Shown piece by piece: positions 10,454 to 22,302 of a stretch of 64,000 nucleotides of DNA (the first letter of the stretch is position 1; each line of letters starts with the position of its first letter). Both the position numbers and the translations under genes were made by a program. This stretch comes from Minutocellus sp. GHC0000111. Taxonomy: Eukaryota. The stretch covers positions 4,030,001 through 4,094,000 of the forward strand of contig OZ361259.1 in NCBI GenBank assembly GCA_977018835.1, written 5' to 3'. Under the pieces are notes generated by a model that saw nothing but the letters and a program-made list of their open reading frames with translations, did no database searches and had not been told where the DNA came from.

Positions 10454-12053
10454 TTGTGACCAATCTACCCGGAAAAAAAATCTGCCCTGATTTTTCGCCC
10501 CATCTGCCCTGATTTTTCCCCCGGTTCCAAATCTGCGCAGATTTGCCCCCCATCTGCCGGGAGCATTTCCGTGCAGATTGTGCTCGTAACCAATCTACTC
10601 GTACCCGGAAACCCCATCTACCCTGGTTTCTGCCCTCGCCTCGATAAAATATACAAATCATGTCGCCGATCTGTAACAGGCAGCGGCGAAGGCGGCTGCA
10701 GCAGCAGCTAGTACTCCAGCACCCGATCCGGCCCGGGTGTGGAGTGGGCCATGGCCACGCTGAGGGAGGATGAAAAGGCGAGTTACGTCAAGATGGAATT
10801 CGGAATTCGCATGGAGGACATGGAGAGGCAAGAGCGGTGGGACCGAGGAGAGTGCAGTGACCATGATAGCGACGAGGACATTCTCAGGGCCAAAACAAGG
10901 AAGAGAGACTGCACAAGCCCGGTGCGCCGACGATTGCCGAATTGGCAGCAGCAGTGCGTCTGTGGCCAGACCCGTCTGCTGCAGCGAAGAATTACGGTGA
11001 GGATGCACAAGCAAGCTACGGAAAAAGAAGAAGCTCAAAGATCATCGGAACCAGAATGGGGATCCGCAAACTGACACGATCCCCATGCATGCATGCATCC
11101 CACCAAACCGGATTCCAATGTTGCCGGTGGGGCGGGGTGGGCGGTTTTTCGATCAAACTCCCAAAAGAAGGGGGGAGAACCTTTCTGAAGCGCCGAGCAT
11201 CCAAGCCATGTTTGGTACGTAGTACATGTAGGAAATGAATCAGGAAACGAATGCTCAAATGTGCTCATACACAGATATATGTACAATTCATTCAATGTTT
11301 TAAAAAGTACATGTAGTATCAAGATTATATATTACAAATCAGCAAAGAATGCCGCTAGTATATTTCATAAAATTATGTTGTTATCAGATGTTGCTTCTTG
11401 CTGCAGTCGCAGCATGTCAAAGTCGGCCCTTGGCAAATCTGGATATTCTCGCTTCATGCAGTCGCAGTATATCTGGCGCTGATTGCAGCATGTCCACATC
11501 GAATAGAAACAATGCCTCTTGATTTTGTTTTGGAATTTGTATGCAGTTGTGGGTCAATATTCTCTCTCCAGCTTTCTGCAAATCAGAAAGAATTGCGTTC
11601 CATCCTTGCGGCGGTCTAAACAAGTCTTGGACCGTCTGCATCAGCACTGATTTGATACGCTCGTTATTTTTTCATATGTTTCATCTGCCAGAATCAGTCG
11701 AGCATCGTAATCTTCGGCAAGCTCGGTGGCAGCCTGGAATTCATTGTCGAGAAACCATCGCAATATCGATACTTTCGGTTGGATTCGTTGTGTCGTCGAC
11801 CATCTCTCTTCGCATGATTTGATGACAACAGAGCCACAGCAACAATGCCTATTGCGATGGGAGCACAAACAGGTGAAGGCCGCGAGATGCGAGCGTCAAT
11901 GGAGGCGATACCGTCGAGATGCACGCCCGCGCAATCTACCCTGATCGTCGGGGCAGATTGTAACCTGATTCTGAAAATCAGGGCAGATTTACGCGCAATC
12001 TGCCGGTGGTCCCGTTTTCCGGGTAGATTGCGCACGGGGCAGATTGGTCACAA
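10454..12053. mobile_element. Non-autonomous TIR DNA transposon (1600 bp) with subterminal repeat arrays
   Basis: Perfect 13-bp TIR TTGTGACCAATCT at 10454-10466 and AGATTGGTCACAA at 12041-12053. About 15 copies of an (A/C)ATCT(A/G)C motif within ~170 bp of the ends. Only decayed ORFs inside. Confidence 0.85.
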
Positions 12054-12276
12054 GGTAGTGCCACACGTCATTCGGAAAATACCCAACCTCTCACGCCATC
12101 ATCGCCATCGCGACATCGCCGTCGCCTCATGTTGCATCGATTGATGCAAACGGTATCAGCATACGTCATCGCTGCCGGTTTCCTTTGCCCGTCTACATGT
12201 ACGCGTAGCTAGCTGCTTGGCTCTTTTGGGCATCGTTTGGTGTCGAGTTCCCGCCCGCCCCTAGCTCAAACACAAG

Positions 12277-13155
12277 ATGCCCAGCAGCAGCGGCGCATCA
12301 TCGTCGGCCTCCTCATTCTCACCAACGAATGAGGTGGCGGCCATCCTCTCGGCTCTTCTCGGCGGTGGTCGATACGGCGTCAAAATACGCTTCCCCCATG
12401 CCTTGGTGATGACATCGCTGTTTCGGCGAGACTTGACTGCCAACGAAAAGATACGGACTATACTCAAGTTAACGCGAGAGCATGCAATAAATCTGGCCAC
12501 CTTTGCCGCACTGTACAAGACCATGCTGGCCATTCTCAAGGGGACGAGTGGATATTTACAGCAGAACTATTGCGGCGAAGGCAACGAAGGCGGTGCTGAT
12601 CGAGGTGGGGCATTGCAAGCCCTTGGGAGGATTCTTGTGATGACTTTGGTTGGGAACAATTCATCACCGAACGTTGGGGCTCAGACAATGCCACGTGGCG
12701 CAAGCAGCAATCCGGGGCTTCCAGAAAATCCTCGTCATGCATTGATTGCTGGTGCGATTGGCGGGTATGCTATCTGGGGAAGATATAGCAGTGTCAACTA
12801 CCAAATTGTCCTGTATCTCACAAGTCGAATCATCGTCGGTGCTCTGACGCTAGCAAGAGAGCGAGGGATACCTCCATTTGGAGCAAAGGTGCTGAATTTC
12901 GATCGGTCCTACAGATTGGCAGCCGCCGCCGTTTGGGGTGTCGTGATGCTACTGTTTGAAGAACATCCTCACGTGCTGCATCCAAGTCTCAAGCGAAGTA
13001 TGGATGAGATTTATCGCTTCCTACCAGCATGGTTGAGTGGTGATGACAGTACCGCCAGATTGACATCTGCATCGACGGAGGTTCGGCCACCATTTGTTTC
13101 GGGTCACGCCCGACCGCCACCATCCAGACTTGAAACTAAGAATTGGCCGTATTAA
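12277..13155 (+). CDS. PXMP4: Peroxisomal membrane protein 4 (Tim17/PMP24 family)
   Basis: YGVKIRFPHALVM, TREHAINLATFAALYK, AGAIGGYAIWG..SSVNYQIVLYL, WGVVMLLFE..L..SMDEIY. Confidence 0.9.
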   Translation: MPSSSGASSSASSFSPTNEVAAILSALLGGGRYGVKIRFPHALVMTSLFRRDLTANEKIRTILKLTREHAINLATFAALYKTMLAILKGTSGYLQQNYCGEGNEGGADRGGALQALGRILVMTLVGNNSSPNVGAQTMPRGASSNPGLPENPRHALIAGAIGGYAIWGRYSSVNYQIVLYLTSRIIVGALTLARERGIPPFGAKVLNFDRSYRLAAAAVWGVVMLLFEEHPHVLHPSLKRSMDEIYRFLPAWLSGDDSTARLTSASTEVRPPFVSGHARPPPSRLETKNWPY

Positions 13156-13263
13156 CATAAATTAAAATGGTCGGATCATGGAAAATGATGATATATTTCT
13201 TGGTTCTATTCTATTTTTATCATGTGCAAATAGTTTGTTTAGCTAGCTCGCTTGTATCAGGTA

Positions 13264-14793
13264 CTACGTAGTACGCGTGTTCAGATATGCGAAAATGAAC
13301 ATAAATGCCATGAACGCCAACTTGATTGGCGATTTCAAGACGGACACAACCCCGCAAAGTAGATAATAGACCGAGTAAAAGATGATTTTCCCAATGAGAA
13401 CGGGTGTTGATTGGCGCTTTGTTGACACCTTCTTGGTCCTTTCGCCATGTCGGCGGATGGCCTCCTCTGTTACCATACCGAGAAGTATTTCGTCCTGCGT
13501 CAAGGAAGATGATGTCAAAGCTTTCTGTTGTTCGGTTGCTGTCTCGCCGTCCACTTTGTCGTTATCTGCGTCCTCCTCCTCTGATTCCAAGGCGAATATT
13601 CCTTGGTGGAGCATATCTTCGTGGCAAACAACGCCTCGACCCCAGGAGCGACTCTCCAACGCACGCTTTCTTCTCTGCTCGTTCGATGCATGTTGACCTC
13701 CGATTTCATTTGCGCTTGTTAGCATGTGAAGTCGAAGAGCATCAATCAGGGACAATATTGTCCATCTCTGCAAGTTGTATGTTTCAATGATTTCAGGAAG
13801 TATTATAGTAAGATAAAATCGTTACATAAAATAGTAGAAGTGAGAGCAAAATTCGCATTTCTCCACCACGCGGCATAGCGTCATGTCAGTTCATACTACA
13901 TCCTGTCACTTCATACTACGCACCGGCGTCCACGACTCCGGATGATATGAGCTAGCACTCAAACAGATATCATGGCCGGGAATAAAACGGCCCGAGGGCG
14001 TCAACATTTGCACGTGTGGTGGGGATAGCGGATAGTCTCGGGGGAGTATTATTCGTCCATGATACACACCCTTTTCGTACACCGAATTCGGTGCACCTTG
14101 CACTGAAAAGTGCCAGTGAAGGAGATTTTTCCCCATGGGACCCATCCGAACGTAGTTGTAACGCTTTGGATCGACGCCATTGGCTTCTGATTTGCTCTTC
14201 ATTTTGCGTGCGACTGTTTCCCCCTTACCCCAGTCATACGCCACTCCCAGCTCTACCGCATCTTTCCATTCTCTTTTGATGCGCCGAAGGCAAGCGCTTT
14301 CTCTTCCACCAGTAGCTGGTCGCTTCTTGCTTTTTGCTTCTTTCTTGGCAGTGTTTTTGGCCTTTGCCTTGCTTGCTTTCGGAGGCTCCGTCGGCAGCGG
14401 CGTAGCGGTTGAGTTTGAGAGTGGAGCCGTTGAGGCTTCGTCGGTGCCAGTTGGGCCATCGGACGCTTTGGTATCTGGAGGGGTCTCCAACGTCTCCACT
14501 CGTTTCCGCTTGACCCTCTTCTTGATTTTTCGACGTTTCTTCTCACTTGAAATAGTTGCATCTTGATCAGTCAATACTGCGTCTGATGCCGGCGGCTCGG
14601 AGGCCCCACCATTTACTCCTAAAAGTGCTCGGCACGGGCGAGCTCTGAACACGTTACGAGTGGAGGGTGCGGTATTTGCTGCTGCTGCTTGCGTCAGTAC
14701 CGCCGCCGCTAGAAGCAGAGCACCCCAAGAAGATAAAAGAGGACACATACCTTGGGCAGATACTAGTAGCCGTCTCTGCGTGCTCCACGGCAT
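13264..14793 (-). CDS. Ubc6/UBE2J-type ubiquitin-conjugating enzyme with N-terminal signal peptide and C-terminal TM (exons 14793-13924, 13767-13264)
   Basis: WHFSVQG..SVYEKGVYHGRIILPRDYPLSPP..MLTPSGRF..ICLSASSYHPESW (catalytic Cys). GT..AG intron 13923-13768 gives WTP|RWTILSL. C-terminal hydrophobic tail. Confidence 0.85.
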
Positions 14794-14852
14794 CGGCAGG
14801 TAGGTGGCTTCACGCTCCAGTCACGCCACAAAAAAAATGAGCGGTCGGCCGC

Positions 14853-15731
14853 TCATTCGGCGAAGTGAGAGCACGGCGATGTTTCTACCATATATATATA
14901 TATATATATATATATATTGCGCCAAAACGGATTAATGAGCATAAACAATCGATCTTCAGCCACCTTTCCGTATTCGCGAATATCTTTGGTATATTTGTCG
15001 TCCGTGTTGGACAGGACCAATGCCTGAACATCATCTTCGGGACCAGTCGCCGATTCTGCCTTGACTATAGCACTCCCGTCAAAGTCCCACACATCCTCGG
15101 CCGTGACATTGGGTTTGTACACGGTCCGCAAATCGGTCGTATTGCTCGTCGGTGCACGGACGGTGGATAGCAAGCTCTTGGTGAGAGGTCCAGCCGCTTC
15201 TCTGTACATCTGCTGGGCACCTCCCGGCCACTGAATATCCTCACTGAGCACCTTGTCCTCGGGCAGCAGTGCAAATCGAACGATTTGGCGGGTGATGCCA
15301 TCTCGGAAGGCATCTTCCACCGACCTGGCGGCCTGCTGCACCTGATCCTCGGCCGTCAGTGGTACGCTCAAAAATTTGCCATCGTCCATCCGTCTCGGTG
15401 ACGATGCTCGCTTGCTATCGGCGATGGCCCGGTCTTGCTCCATCTTCTCCAGCCGTTCCTTCTGTTCGGTCTTCTTCTCCTTGGCCTCTCGTTCGACATC
15501 ATCAACTGACTTGTTTTCCAGTGATGCAATCTCCTCCCTCATTTTGCGAACCTTTTCGAGTAGGGCCGCTGCCTCATCCTCGGCCTGGGAGTAGAGGGCA
15601 GGATTGCTTGGTCGAATGGCACGAGTAGTATGCGGCACGAACGCCTGGGCCGATGAAAGCGAGGGTGCTATGGCCGACAATGCGACGAGAGATACGATTG
15701 TGGTCTTCATTGTGGTGATTGTGGTCTTCAT
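14853..15731 (-). pseudogene. Plastid-targeted DUF1995-like protein, apparently 3'-truncated at a (TA)n tract
   Basis: Signal peptide plus AQAFVP; AFRDGITRQIVRF..WPGGAQQMYREAA. The ORF runs from INPFWRN into the (AT)n repeat (IYIYIY) and stops shortly after. Confidence 0.55.
14890..14917. repeat. (AT)14 microsatellite
   Basis: Seen directly in sequence. Confidence 0.95.
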
Positions 15732-16099
15732 TGTGGTGCTGGTCTTATGCAAATGAGAGTGGCAAAGTGAGTGGGTCAACCGTCGAGTCAGATGGTCATG
15801 GTGGAGATCGATGAGTAAGAAAATCTGCGTCATCTTTGGACGTACGTAAAAAGAGTGAGAAGTATGTACCTAATTTTATGTGTACGTACGTCACAAAAGA
15901 CATATGCCCTCGAAGGTTTCCAATGTTTCTGATGTATCATGTTGACGATATCCAGAAACCGACCACACATCGGCCCATTCGATTTATTTCGTTCTATTCT
16001 CGGCAGCCAAGTGTTGTATTGTATTGACTTATTGCCCGCCATCGCATCGGCTGCCTGCTCTATCCCTTGGTACAGCCCCACCGCCTCCATCGCCTCGCT

Positions 16100-18068
16100 A
16101 TGACGAATCCACCTTCCGTGTGCGTAATCGGCGCCGGGCCCGGCGGGATGTTCTTCCTTCACGCGCTAGCAACCCGCCGAAGAAAGCTCGAGGAAGAGCT
16201 GGCCGCCAATGCGAACTTGGATGGAAACGAACGTGCAGCTGCTGCCGTCGCCGAATGCGAGGCCAGGCTCGCCGCCCTTCCGGTTGTAGACTGCTTCGAA
16301 AAGTCCAGTTCGCCCGGTGGTGTGTGGAGATCGGCTTCTGCCCCGCCGATGGCCGATTACTTGCTGCGGAATAGTGTTCATGACGACCAGAGCGAGACCG
16401 ACGAGACTGACGAGCCAGCCTCACCGGACACCAGCTTGTGCAGCGACGAAGAGAACCAAAACAGAATCAACAAAAAAGGGCAAGGCCAAGGTCAAGCCCA
16501 CATCATCAGCTACTCCGTGTTCCACGGCGGCCACTGATGACAACAGCCCCTCGACGCAAATGTACGAAGCCCTGTGGATCAACGGGAACAAGGAGGTGCA
16601 AGAGTTCGTCGACTACACCTTTGATGATCACTATAAGAGGCCGATGCCGGTGTATCTGCCCCGTGCACAAGTGCTGGATTATGTACTGAGCCGCGTAACG
16701 AGAAAGGCCAACATTTTTGACGACGTTCATTTCAACACCGCCGTTGTTTCTGTAGATTACTGCAACGACCGAAAGGTGTTTGATGTTCAAACACGAAATG
16801 AAATTACGGGAGAGATATCCAGCAAGACGTACGACAAGTGCATCTGGTCCGGTGGACTTAATGCTACAGCGAGGATGCCCCGAGATATTACCGCCATGCT
16901 GACTCATGAGAATTTCCAAGGTCGAGTCATCCACTCCACGGAAATGAAGGACTTTGAGGCAACCGTTCGTGGGAAGAAGGTACTATTCATCGGCGATAGC
17001 TACTCGGCGGAAGATTTGGCCCTGCAAAGTCTCAAGCTTGGTGCCGAACAGATTTACATCACCTCTCGTGGGGGTTATGGCACAGCGAGTTATGTGGCGG
17101 CGTGGCCTGGCGATCGCGTGAAGGTGCTTTGGTACATGCTCCCCACCGGCGTCACAGCCGATGGTAGGGGGATAATTCTATCCAAGGTTGAATGGGACGA
17201 TGCTACGCAGCGTTATGATCCCAAGGAAGGAAGCGAAACGATCGAGCTGGAAGACATTTCGACTGTGGTCTGTTGTACCGGCTACAGCCCCAATATGGAT
17301 TGCCTTTCCGACGATCTCAAGGCCCCGTGGACAAAGGAGTCCAAACGAACATGGTCTGTACCAGAGGGTTGGAAGATGAAGTCAAATGCAATGTCAGGCG
17401 AGATTGATGACGTAATACCATCAGATGAACTTACCGGGGGAGAATACTACGTGAAACCAGGTCTCTACCGACATGCCCTCATTGAGAACCCCAACATGAT
17501 GTTTCTTTACGAGGCGACGTCGTATCCCTTGCTGGAGATTGATGTTGCTGCTTGGTTGTGTCTCGCCTACGTTTGCGGTGACGTTGAATTGCCATCTACT
17601 GACGAAATGTTGGAGCGCAATAAGCAGCAAAGCCTAGACGAGATGAGCATTTGTTATTTGAGATATTACAAGGATAAGAACTACTATGCCGCGCTGAACA
17701 GTTTGCCAAAAGATCATTGGTGGAGCAAATATACCAGCGCAGCATACCAAAATTACAGCAAAGAATGCACCCGTTACCAGATCAAAATCTTGGCACGGGA
17801 CATGCAGTCTGGGGGGTACCCTGCCGGGTTTGGTAGCTATGAGAAATTGTCAGAACGAGGAGAACTCATGGTAGAAATGACCGAGGAAGATTCCCAAGGT
17901 CGATACAGACTCAAATCTGGCGAACCTGATAGCTCTTGGCGAACATTCCGCGACTGCGACCCCACCCCATTTAAATCAATTTTTACTGGGACTGGCTCGG
18001 TGTCTCTCAAGGGAAAGTGGATGGATCTGGATAAAGACGGTGAAGTTTCCACAGAGACATCGGGATAA
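16100..18068 (+). CDS. Flavin-containing monooxygenase (FMO), +1 frameshift in A6 run at 16472-16477
   Basis: VCVIGAGPGG FAD motif, FEK..PGGVW, MYEALWING, FQGRVIHS (FMO motif variant), IGDSYSAEDLA, CTGY. Confidence 0.88.
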
Positions 18069-18212
18069 AGGAGACCGTTGGCTGAAATTTTTGTAAGACG
18101 TGCTACCGAGCTACGCAGCTACGGTGCTATAAATGTTTAACATTTTGTTTATCATAACATAGCTTATGCTCATATTCTATGGCGTATGTGTAGCGTTAGA
18201 GGGGCTGCCACT

Positions 18213-20250
18213 TCATCTTTCTGTGCCACAGACCTCGCACACTGGCGCATGTGGCTTGTCATTCTCAAAGGTACATGCCTTACATGCCCAGACATTGTTC
18301 TCGTTGGCTTTGATTGGGGCTGCTGCCATTGAGGCTGCCTTCACTTCTACGGGAGGCGTCTCATCTCCGTCGCAGTCCAAGAGCGATATTACATTAGATT
18401 TTGCCCGATTCTTTGTTACCTTGGCTGCGCTTTTAGGGTTGCTCTTGGCGAAAATTGTGATCGACTTTTGGCCTCCGCTTGATTCTGATTTCTGCTTCTT
18501 GGCTGAGGAAGGCTGTGATTTACCCGATCTAAAGTCTCTTGGGCCTTTTCTACTGCCATGCTTCTCGAAAACTTGCGTCGCTGTCCGCTTACTATCTTCC
18601 TGTTTGCGAACGGCCGCCACCTTGTCTTTGGCGATTTTTGCAGTTTGCTTCTCCTCAACAATAGGTTTCGGGTAGTAAACTAAATCTTGCTCATTCTCAT
18701 CTCTTTTGGAAGTAATCCGAGCCTTTATTTGCCTTTGAAGCTGCAAGGGCATCCGCCATGGCTCGTGGATGTGCTCGTTGGGCACATTCGCAAGCTCAGG
18801 TACATACTTTCGAATAAAGGCTCCCGTGGGGTCTTGATCTCGGCTTTGCTTTGTAACGTTATAAACTCGCATGGCATTTATTCCGGTGGTACCTGACTGC
18901 ATTTGGAGCTGTGGAAAGTGTATACCAGGCTCGAAGTCGAGGAAAAGTCGAGCAAGAGCAGCGTCGAAGCGCCTCCAATCAAGCCACAAATTGTAAGCAG
19001 CAAATGAGACTACCATGGCTCGCATCCTAAAGTTGACCCAGCCGTGCTTTATCAGACATCGCATGCACGCATCAACGAATGGATACCCTGTTCTTCCCTC
19101 GACCCACGCTTCAAAATATTCTTGGTTCCAGTCACCTTCTTGCTTCCGTAGGTGGTTGTAGGCTGGATGCATTGACCGCTTCTCAACCAAGGGCTCATCC
19201 TCCAGTTTCTGGCAAAAGTGCGACCTCCAATGCATTCTGGCGAGAGCGAGATATTTGGTGAAGTAGTTCAAAAAATAGATGAGCATAATTGGGAAACAAG
19301 CCGAAAATCGAGGAATCCTCTTCTTCACAACAAATTTCTCACCTAGACAAAAACGCTCCCAACGAACGGCCCCAGTCGCCGCTCAAAGGAGCACCGGCAG
19401 CCCTCTGCGCCTTGATTTCCGCCTGCCGTTGCTTGGTCGCCTGAACAACGCGACGCACCGATATCTGCCCCCAGGCAAGGTACGGTGATAATCTGCTACA
19501 TGAGCTCCAGCTTGTATTGGGTGATGATATGCCCTTTTGATATTTCTGTGCACGTCGACTGAGGAAGGAGTCCAATATTGCCAAGGCTTCATTCTCTCCT
19601 CCAGTTTGCCGTTCCTCTCGATCGGCCCTGTGTTCCTCAGGTATCTCTGAAATATCTTCAGGACTCATAACGCCACAAGAATTGGGTAGGTTTAGGTCTG
19701 CACCTGTTACCAACCGCGGGCGTATTTGAGCCGGATCCGGCGTCGGATACTGGGCCCTCAGGTGGAATGCATCGAGCTTCGCTGAAAAGTCGTCCCTATC
19801 CTTGAGCCGACGCGTCACGCCCGATTGGTTGAGTTCGGTGCATTGGACGCCGTTCTCCTTGCACCATTGCCTCACCCGACGGTCTCGTTGGTACGAGGCA
19901 AAGTGGCCTGTCTCCTCGTGCGCCAGCAACCTGCCGATGGGACGGATGCGATGCAGCGCAGTCAGTGTCTCGACCGCATTGGCATAACATGCGGTAATCG
20001 CATGTAAGTCTGCGCTGCCCATCTCTTTCCGACCCGATAACTTGTTATCTAGCTCTTTTAAACCCTCGTTGTAGAAGCGTATGTGCGAACCATGGACAGT
20101 CTGCTGCTGCAACTGGTCGGGCTCATACAGGTAGAGCACGACGAAGGGGTTGGTCGATTGAGATACCAGTGAAAGAGGGCCATGATCGTGCAGCCGCGCA
20201 TCTCTCTTTAGCCAAACGACATCGATCGGTTTGCTATCATCGACGCTCAT
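18213..20250 (-). CDS. Cryptochrome/photolyase family protein with C-terminal RanBP2-type zinc finger (exons 20250-19343, 19236-18213)
   Basis: VVWLKRDARLHDH, CSRLSPYLAWG, GRTGYPFVDACMR, NFRMRAM, FLDFEPGIH..QMQSG, DPTGAFIRKYVPEL. 106-nt GT..AG intron. C-terminal WACKACTFEN..VCEVC. Confidence 0.92.
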
Positions 20251-20523
20251 TGTAGCGTTAATCGGTAGGAGGGGAATTCGTGCTCGATGGGGGCTGAGCG
20301 AGCGAGGCGAGGCGAGCGAGGGCGCAAGGGCCGGGCGAATGAAGATGAAAGGTGATGAGCTGGCATGGCATGGCGCGACCCGGTGCGGTGGGGTTCGCAC
20401 CTTCAAGGGTTCGCATCCTGCAATCTGGCATCATCACATATCACATCACCTTCTCACGCCCCCTCTCCGCCGCACCGGCGACAAGGCTCATAAAAACAAC
20501 CTATTCATGAGCAAACTACAGTC

Positions 20524-21066
20524 ATGGGACAAAGTTTCAATTCACCCGACATATCAAGTGCCATATCTGACGTGCATCGCGCGCAGCGACATTTCGATGG
20601 TGTGGCGATGAGATTGATGCGCGGGGAAGATGCGCACCATCAGGGAGGAAGCGGCTCTTTCGATGTCAACATCGATTATGGTGCCACGTCTGAAACGGCC
20701 GCATCGACGAGTTCGTCAATTTACTCCGAAGACACACACAATGACAACGAATTTGAATCATGCCTCGTCGGGGAGGTGCTGAGTGTCGCATTGGACCAAG
20801 ACATGTTTGACGAGGATGCCATCCTCCCGCAGGAATACTGCGCCGCTGCAGCTGTAGAGCCGTCTAGGACAACCAAGACGAAGATTCCCGCCCTCTTGAC
20901 TTTATGGACGATGGCGTGCATTGCTTCAGGCGGCTTCCTTGGGGCGATGGCATCACCTTTGCTTCGAACCCGATGGGTCACAGCAACAATTCCGGTATGG
21001 GCTATCGGAGTAATGCCTCTCGTTGGTAGAGTGGTAAACCGTTTCCATCGCAGTAAAGCACCGTAG
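20524..21066 (+). CDS. Hypothetical protein with C-terminal hydrophobic segments
   Basis: 180-aa ATG ORF; no family recognised. Confidence 0.5.
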   Translation: MGQSFNSPDISSAISDVHRAQRHFDGVAMRLMRGEDAHHQGGSGSFDVNIDYGATSETAASTSSSIYSEDTHNDNEFESCLVGEVLSVALDQDMFDEDAILPQEYCAAAAVEPSRTTKTKIPALLTLWTMACIASGGFLGAMASPLLRTRWVTATIPVWAIGVMPLVGRVVNRFHRSKAP

Positions 21067-21530
21067 AGTAGAGCATCACGAACTAAATGTAGAATATGGT
21101 AGCAGTGTTGTGGGATAATTCTCGCCTTTTAGATTAGTGGGAACTTTGCATACTTCTCGGCTTTTTGAAGAGTTGGACCATTCGTGCGCCCCACAAAACG
21201 AGCACAAACGTGGTCCATCCATTCTACCATCATGACACAAAGCTCAAATATAAATAAATCCAAAGGAGCCAAAATCAGTGCATCCCCCCAAGTAAATAGA
21301 TCCCATAGTGCATCTTGCACAGATCCCGGGCACTCATTCTCTCAAAATTAGCGCCTTCACCAACACCATCGACCTCATCTCTGCGTTGAAAACAATCACC
21401 GACAATGCAATTCTCGATGCGTCCAACGACGAAGGTTTCCGCTTGGTGAAAATGAAGCAATGTATCCGATAGAATCCCGCCCGAGTCAGTGTGCAGTCGT
21501 GCTCTGTCAATCGCCCGGCCTTCTCTCTAG

Positions 21531-22258
21531 CTAGCGGGATCCGCCACGGAGCTGAAGGACCATGTGGATGGTGGCGCCGGCGGCAATATTGTAGGAGTCG
21601 AGGGTTTTGTCGTCGGCACTGAGAGAGAAGAGTGGAGAGATACACCGTGAGACGGAATTGAATACACACGCATGCAGACAGATGGCCATGTATGTATGAT
21701 TGTGCCGGCACAAACACAATGAGAGCATGCAAAACAAATAACTCACAGCTGCTTGCCCGAGTAGATGAGGCGGATCTGCTCGACCTGGATACCCTCCTTC
21801 TCTTGGAGTGCCTGCTTGACGGCCAGGACCTGGTTCTCGGGCTCAAAGTTGAAGGCCTGCTTGCGGCCGGTGAGGGTCTTGATGAAAATCTGCGGGATAA
21901 ATGAGTGCGTGCCGATACCGAGGCGTTAGGTGGTGGATCGGGGAGATAGATGAAAATTTGTTATTATGTGTGGCGGTTATTGGATGCAAAATTAAAAGAT
22001 GAAGCCTTCCCGGACCACACCGTTCAAAATAGCACGCACATGCGCAGAGTCGATGCGATGAGGAGACCACCGACCGCACATACATGATCACAACATTAAT
22101 AGGGAGCGCCGATGTCGGAGGCACGAGCAAGACGGATCAGCCAGTTGAGCCTCTCATTATTTTTCTCGTTGGAATACCCCGCACCTACCGGTACCACCAC
22201 AAGAACTGACATCCCCAGGGCCTCCGAACATCGCGCGACACATACAACTCACCTGCAT
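21531..22258 (-). CDS. NEDD8: NEDD8/Rub1 ubiquitin-like protein (exons 22258-22253, 21889-21747, 21618-21531)
   Basis: Spliced product MQIFIKTLTGRKQAFNFEPENQVLAVKQALQEKEGIQVEQIRLIYSGKQLADDKTLDSYNIAAGATIHMVLQLRGGSR. RLIYSGKQ and a non-Arg residue 72 indicate NEDD8; splice sites are canonical. Confidence 0.85.
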
Positions 22259-22302
22259 GGTTCTAAATTTGGGTACGCAAAGGGACACGCCGTTCTGGAA
22301 TA

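Noticed and set aside
10454..10640. CRISPR-like array
   Set aside because: Repeats are ~9 bp, irregularly spaced and in both orientations, in a eukaryotic context; they are explained as transposon subterminal repeats.
14836..14857. Rho-independent terminator
   Set aside because: This is a eukaryotic nuclear locus; the hairpin is kept only as a possible element-end scar.
16472..16477. Programmed ribosomal frameshifting in FMO and other split genes
   Set aside because: Breaks occur in unrelated genes, in both directions and mostly in homopolymers; mutation or assembly error is simpler.
21531..22258. Ubiquitin proper
   Set aside because: Too divergent from near-invariant ubiquitin; RLIYSGKQ and Gln72 fit NEDD8.
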